IMG/VR virus record: IMGVR_UViG_3300049178_000008
Coordinates: 1-29,574 of that record
Length of the DNA stretch: 29,574 bases
Reading direction: 5' to 3' (one strand)
Source: a virus
Lineage: Duplodnaviria; Caudoviricetes
Shown: piece by piece, positions 25,595 to 29,574 of the stretch
Numbering within the stretch: the stretch's first letter is position 1
Layout: every line of letters starts with the position of its first letter
The notes under the pieces: generated by a model
The model's input: only the letters and a program-made list of their open reading frames with translations
Databases searched by the model: none
What the model was told of the DNA's origin: nothing
Translations under genes and position numbers: made by a program

Positions 25595-26074
25595 ATGCCT
25601 ACCAAGAAAGCTAAACGCTACGAACTTCACCGTCAATCTTATACCTCGACATACAATTGCTGGTGCGCAATAAGGCAACGCTGCCACAATCCGCGCAACA
25701 CTCATTATGAAAATTATGGCGCGAGAGGCATAGAAGTTTGTGAACGCTGGCGCAATTCTTTTGTCAATTTTTTCGAAGATATGGGAGAGCGGCCAATCGG
25801 AATGACGATTGAGCGCAAAGACAATAATAAGGGATACTCGCCCGATAATTGCACTTGGGTAACTCGTAAACATCAACAACGTAACCGCCGGGCCAATCGC
25901 CGCGTCATCGCATTTGGCATGTCTAAAACGCTTGCAGAGTGGTCTGAGATATTCGGAGTACGTCATAACGTCATTGCTTACCGCCTAAGTCGAGGCTATT
26001 CGAACGAAGATGCCGTGTCGTGCTCGCCTTTTGCGCGATACCAAAAACGTATCGCGTTAATACCATCCAGCTAG
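25595..26074 (+). CDS. Free-standing HNH homing endonuclease, antisense to the late operon
   Basis: TYNCWCAIRQRCHNP..YGARGIEVCERW..F.NFFEDMGERP..TIERKDNNKGYSPDNCTW. AAGGAG RBS before ATG 25595. Confidence 0.92.
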   Translation: MPTKKAKRYELHRQSYTSTYNCWCAIRQRCHNPRNTHYENYGARGIEVCERWRNSFVNFFEDMGERPIGMTIERKDNNKGYSPDNCTWVTRKHQQRNRRANRRVIAFGMSKTLAEWSEIFGVRHNVIAYRLSRGYSNEDAVSCSPFARYQKRIALIPSS

Positions 26075-26818
26075 TGAATCGTTATCCATCGAGCTATCTC
26101 TAATACCCATTTGGTCGATTACTAAAGCTCGGCAGTACCGATCAAACTCCTCAGTCAGCCGCATTTCGTCGTTCTTAAGTGCGAGAGCCAGTTCCTTCCG
26201 ATGGGTGATGTTGTCACCTTCTTCTGCCCACCAAGCACATGAAGGCAGGATTGATTGAGAGGCCCAGATTTCCACCAGCGGATGGAATTGACTCAGAACC
26301 GGAGAACTATCAAGCCATGCCGTTGAGGCCCAGTCTCCGCTGGCAAAAGTGATTGTATAGGTTGCCGCCAACTGCGGACGCGGTAAGACTCTCACCCATC
26401 TTGATCCATCATCTCGCAGGTAGAAAGCCATCCTCATCGCGGTACAGGGTGAGCCATCCGACCATAGCCACGAAGCCAGATTGACGGGATAAGGCCAGTC
26501 AAAGTTCATGGAAGAGAATTCCCGAAAAGGAATGTACCTCTGAATATAGGAAGGATTTGCCGGATAGGTTGAGAGCACCTGAATCGGCTTGCCGTAAGAC
26601 TCATCTATTCCTAACTGAAAGTCGCTCGTGGAAGAATTAACGTTCAGAGGGTAATCGGCCTTTAGCGACCATGCCTGTCCGGTGTTCTCCAAGCGATTGT
26701 AGAGATGCTGAGCATTCTGGATGACGGCCTGAAGAGTGCGGCGCGCTGAGGGTCGCTGAGGCAGCGGCTCATCACACAAGAGATTAACCTGTGTGCACAT
26801 TTCCAGAATACTGGCCAC
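26057..26818 (-). CDS. Putative head-tail adaptor/gatekeeper
   Basis: ILEMCTQVNLLCDEP, VRVLPRP..YTITF, SPVLSQFHPLV adaptor-like pattern. Confidence 0.6.
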   Translation of the reverse strand: MASILEMCTQVNLLCDEPLPQRPSARRTLQAVIQNAQHLYNRLENTGQAWSLKADYPLNVNSSTSDFQLGIDESYGKPIQVLSTYPANPSYIQRYIPFREFSSMNFDWPYPVNLASWLWSDGSPCTAMRMAFYLRDDGSRWVRVLPRPQLAATYTITFASGDWASTAWLDSSPVLSQFHPLVEIWASQSILPSCAWWAEEGDNITHRKELALALKNDEMRLTEEFDRYCRALVIDQMGIRDSSMDNDSLAGWY

Positions 26819-26819
26819 G

Positions 26820-27902
26820 TCATCCCTCCGTTGGATTTAATACTTCGCACGAACGTTCGTGAGCGAGTTTGCCTGCTAGTGATCCACAGACCCTTCCGCA
26901 GCCTGAGCATTCAAAGGTTTCCTTAGTTGCCGCTGCGAGCTTTGCTTCAAGATCGGCAATTCTCAGCGCGTCAGCTTCCCGCGCCTTCGCTAAGCGCTCA
27001 TCCATTCTTCGCTCAAACATCTCCATGTCCAGAGCGCTCAGTTGCGGCGCTGCCTGCGGAGTCTGCTTGGCGAGGATCTGTGTAACCATGTCGGCCATTT
27101 CCTGAATGGGTTGATCTTGTCGTTTGAGTTCAAGCTGTTCGATTAACAGTTCCACCACGGGAGAATAGGCATAAGACCATCCGCCCTGCCATTCGCCTAC
27201 GTGACCAAGCTTCAAAAGACCGTGTTCAATACTGATCTTCCGCATCGCCCAGTTACGCGAGTCCTCGCAAAGATGAAGCTCTTCGTCTCTCAATTTCCCG
27301 TAATCAACCCGGGTGTCGTTGACCTTCGCGTAGCGGATCTGATCTTCCAAGCCTTTGAGGGTCTTGCTCATTCCGTCACCGAATTGAGCGCGTTCAACCA
27401 CATCCAGAATGCCTTCACCGTTTAGGTGACATTCGGCCCACTCAAGACCTTGAAGGACGGTGAGTTCTCCCAAGCCCTTCCTGCCATCGTTGGTGGCATA
27501 TCTCTGAAGAAGTCTTAATCCGTCTCCCGGATACACAGGAACGTAGCCAAAGTTGTGCCGAGTGGTGTGTTCATCCGAAGGCAGTCCCTGCCACGCCACC
27601 GCCTGAAGATCACCCATATGCTTCATGGGAATAGGCTCACCGCCCATCTCCAGAATGGCTGCGCGCCCGCGAGGCACGAAGCCCCGACCGTACTTCTGTA
27701 AACAAGGGCAGGCGGTTTCCTCTCCGCCGACTTGGAGCCATGAGAGCTCTGACTTCCTCTCAGGCTGAATGACATCAAGAGCGAAGAACACCCACCTCTT
27801 CGCGGCGTTCGTTAAGCGGCGTTTGTCGAAATAATTAACTGACTCAAAAATCTCTGGTTTTCTCTCTAGGACTGCGCTCATAGTTTCCCTCGTTTCATAC
27901 AT
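26820..27902 (-). CDS. Hypothetical protein with coiled coil and C-terminal C2H2-like Zn finger
   Basis: FECSGCGRVCGSLAGKLAHERSC. Start is 27902 or 27881. Confidence 0.7.
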   Translation of the reverse strand: MYETRETMSAVLERKPEIFESVNYFDKRRLTNAAKRWVFFALDVIQPERKSELSWLQVGGEETACPCLQKYGRGFVPRGRAAILEMGGEPIPMKHMGDLQAVAWQGLPSDEHTTRHNFGYVPVYPGDGLRLLQRYATNDGRKGLGELTVLQGLEWAECHLNGEGILDVVERAQFGDGMSKTLKGLEDQIRYAKVNDTRVDYGKLRDEELHLCEDSRNWAMRKISIEHGLLKLGHVGEWQGGWSYAYSPVVELLIEQLELKRQDQPIQEMADMVTQILAKQTPQAAPQLSALDMEMFERRMDERLAKAREADALRIADLEAKLAAATKETFECSGCGRVCGSLAGKLAHERSCEVLNPTEG

Positions 27903-28764
27903 AGACTCGGTTCAAGTGCCCGTATTTATGTTCATGGGCAATCTCAGCAAGTTCGTTTTGTTTCCTTACTTTAGTGTCTTGCATCATCTGCAAGCCCCAA
28001 GTCTTTGCCTGATTCAATCCCACCGGATCAAGTTCCGGGCGGATGTGCGGATTGGTAGCCATCTCCCGGTTTCTTAACTGAATGGCCTTCTTTAGTCTCT
28101 TCAGCACGAGATTGTCAGGCTCTCGATACTCTCCGTAACAAATCTCCCTCGTTTCCAGCCATGCCTTCTTGCAACAATGATTGCGATGATGAGCAATAAT
28201 CCCGATATGGGGTAAGAGGTTGTACCATCCCTCCCTCGGGACCGAGCCGAAGGTGTCCTGCTTTATCGTGTCAAGTTCCTGCATGGCACTGCAGTACTTA
28301 CAAACTACCAAATGCCCTTCCGAACGATCAGGATCGGGCCAGAAGAACATCCGACATTCAGGACACATTGGAGTCGGGCGTCCTGTGACCACGGTACGAT
28401 AACGGGTAAGCTCCCAACTGATTGCAATCGCCTCGGGTTCGTAGCGTTCTTCCAGAATCCACCGCGGAGGGGAGATGTCCACATAGTCATCATTTCCAAT
28501 ATCAACCGAGAGAGCACGGTACTTCTGGCGCCACTCTCCCTTCGTGGCGTTACCGAATGAGCCCCATTCGGTGTTCTCCCATTTCCTCACGTCCCATGCC
28601 CATGAGAGTTTGACTATTGGCGCCCCGGAAGGGCTGAGGCCGACCACTTCATTCAATCGTTTCTGGAAGCCTTTAACGCCAAACTCGGGCGGCTTATAAA
28701 CTCCTTCAGACGCCCATTTCGCCTTGTCGTCATAGATCGGATGTGATGTTGTTGTTATCCGCAT
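27895..28764 (-). CDS. Hypothetical protein with Zn-ribbon (CPEC..CKYC)
   Basis: Long ORF; likely start MRITTT at 28764, which avoids overlap with the divergent HNH gene. Confidence 0.75.
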   Translation of the reverse strand: MRITTTSHPIYDDKAKWASEGVYKPPEFGVKGFQKRLNEVVGLSPSGAPIVKLSWAWDVRKWENTEWGSFGNATKGEWRQKYRALSVDIGNDDYVDISPPRWILEERYEPEAIAISWELTRYRTVVTGRPTPMCPECRMFFWPDPDRSEGHLVVCKYCSAMQELDTIKQDTFGSVPREGWYNLLPHIGIIAHHRNHCCKKAWLETREICYGEYREPDNLVLKRLKKAIQLRNREMATNPHIRPELDPVGLNQAKTWGLQMMQDTKVRKQNELAEIAHEHKYGHLNRVYV

Positions 28765-28770
28765 ACAGTA

Positions 28771-28779
28771 TGCTATAAT
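28771..28779 (+). promoter_or_regulatory. Extended -10 promoter TGcTATAAT giving a leaderless HNH mRNA
   Basis: TGCTATAAT ends at 28779, ATG is at 28786, and there is no SD sequence. Confidence 0.7.
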
Positions 28780-28785
28780 CGGCCT

Positions 28786-29415
28786 ATGGGACATCGATGG
28801 AAATATAAACCGGGCGACAAGTTAGGAATGCTTACACTTATCCGACCCTGCCGATTACAAAGAAGCGGCTGGGTAACGCGATGTGATTGTGGAAAGATTT
28901 CCATTTGTCGCTCTGACTCTTTGGCTGTTTCTAATCCGAAATGTCGCATTTGCAGATATAAACTTCGCGCCACGCCACTAAAAACGCACGGCCAAACAGG
29001 CACGTCTCTGTACAAACGCTGGGCAACAATGATCCAGCGATGTACTAACCCACGATCGCGCAGTTATCACAACTACGGCGGTCGCGGTATCCGAATCTGT
29101 GAGCGTTGGCATTCCTTTGAAAACTTCTTAGCGGACGTAGGTCATCCGCCCTCAGTAACATCCACTTTGGATCGGCTTGATAACAACGGTCATTATGACC
29201 CTGCCAATGTTGCGTGGCGCACCGCAAAAGAGCAGGCGCGGAACCAGCGGCGTACCATCTTCCTAACAATCAAAGACCAAACTAAATCTTTAGCCCAGTG
29301 GGCTGAAATCAGCGGACTTAAACTGCCGACCTTGTACGCAAGATTGAGAGCTAATTGGCCCGCCGATTTCATGCTGGAACCTACTCATAAAGGGTACCGA
29401 CCACGTGTCCCTTAG
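28786..29415 (+). CDS. Free-standing HNH homing endonuclease, antisense to the late operon
   Basis: WVTRCDCG, THGQTGTSLYKRWATMIQRCTNP..YGGRGIRICERW..TLDRLDNNGHYDPANVAW. Confidence 0.93.
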   Translation: MGHRWKYKPGDKLGMLTLIRPCRLQRSGWVTRCDCGKISICRSDSLAVSNPKCRICRYKLRATPLKTHGQTGTSLYKRWATMIQRCTNPRSRSYHNYGGRGIRICERWHSFENFLADVGHPPSVTSTLDRLDNNGHYDPANVAWRTAKEQARNQRRTIFLTIKDQTKSLAQWAEISGLKLPTLYARLRANWPADFMLEPTHKGYRPRVP

Positions 29416-29519
29416 CGCCGCTGAAACGAGGCAACGTTAAAGAGCGGAGCCTTGTAAATTCCCTCCTCAGCCCACCGGGATTTGGAATTATATGCCGAAT
29501 TTTCTTGACTCTCTATCAT
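29412..29519 (-). pseudogene. Orphaned 5' fragment (35 aa) homologous to the N-terminus of 27895..28764
   Basis: MIESQENSAYNSKSRWAEEGIYKAPLFNVASFQRR* aligns without gaps to IYDDKAKWASEGVYKPPEFGVKGFQKR. Confidence 0.85.
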
Positions 29520-29574
29520 GCGTTTAAGTACAATAAGCCTTGATGGGCATTTACACAGTCGGGCGTTGGACGGT

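Noticed and set aside
25526-25966. 146-aa - strand ORF co-oriented with the late operon
   Set aside because: It is the antisense shadow of a clear HNH gene and has no recognisable motifs.
28786-29415. Group I intron around the HNH gene
   Set aside because: The HNH is antisense to the host gene, there is no flanking space for a ribozyme core, and the duplicated gene start explains tolerance without splicing.
29551-29574. Possible 3' end of an upstream gene (..TVQRPTV*), perhaps the capsid gene
   Set aside because: Only 7 codons are visible, too little to support a call.

Overview
About 29.6 kb of a tailed dsDNA phage or prophage. No host genes, integrase, terminase, portal or complete capsid gene are visible in the window. 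(1) Left arm, - strand: an Xis-like HTH protein, Cas4-like exonuclease, SSB-like protein, GH24 lysozyme, a replication initiator with internal iterons, DnaB, NinG-like nuclease, a small two-TM protein and a Tat lipoprotein. (2) A divergent sigma70 promoter pair with three palindromic operators at about 7170-7280. (3) A short + strand accessory block with an HNH nuclease, small modular ORFs and a Mom-like DNA modifier. (4) A long - strand virion module with a podovirus-like order: adaptors, tail hub, fibre, GNAT-like protein, ejection protein. This is followed by a 14-residue Ser-rich repeat fibre, a YkgJ/FliB-like Cys protein, a glycosyltransferase, a sugar acyltransferase, three signal-peptide-bearing appendage proteins and a beta-helix tailspike. 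Four homing-type endonucleases are inserted. One sits between two diverged copies of the N-terminus of the gene it interrupts, and another is frameshifted by a 10-bp tandem duplication. A C4/CI-like RNA switch lies upstream of the replication initiator. All calls come from motif recognition by eye; no searches were run.
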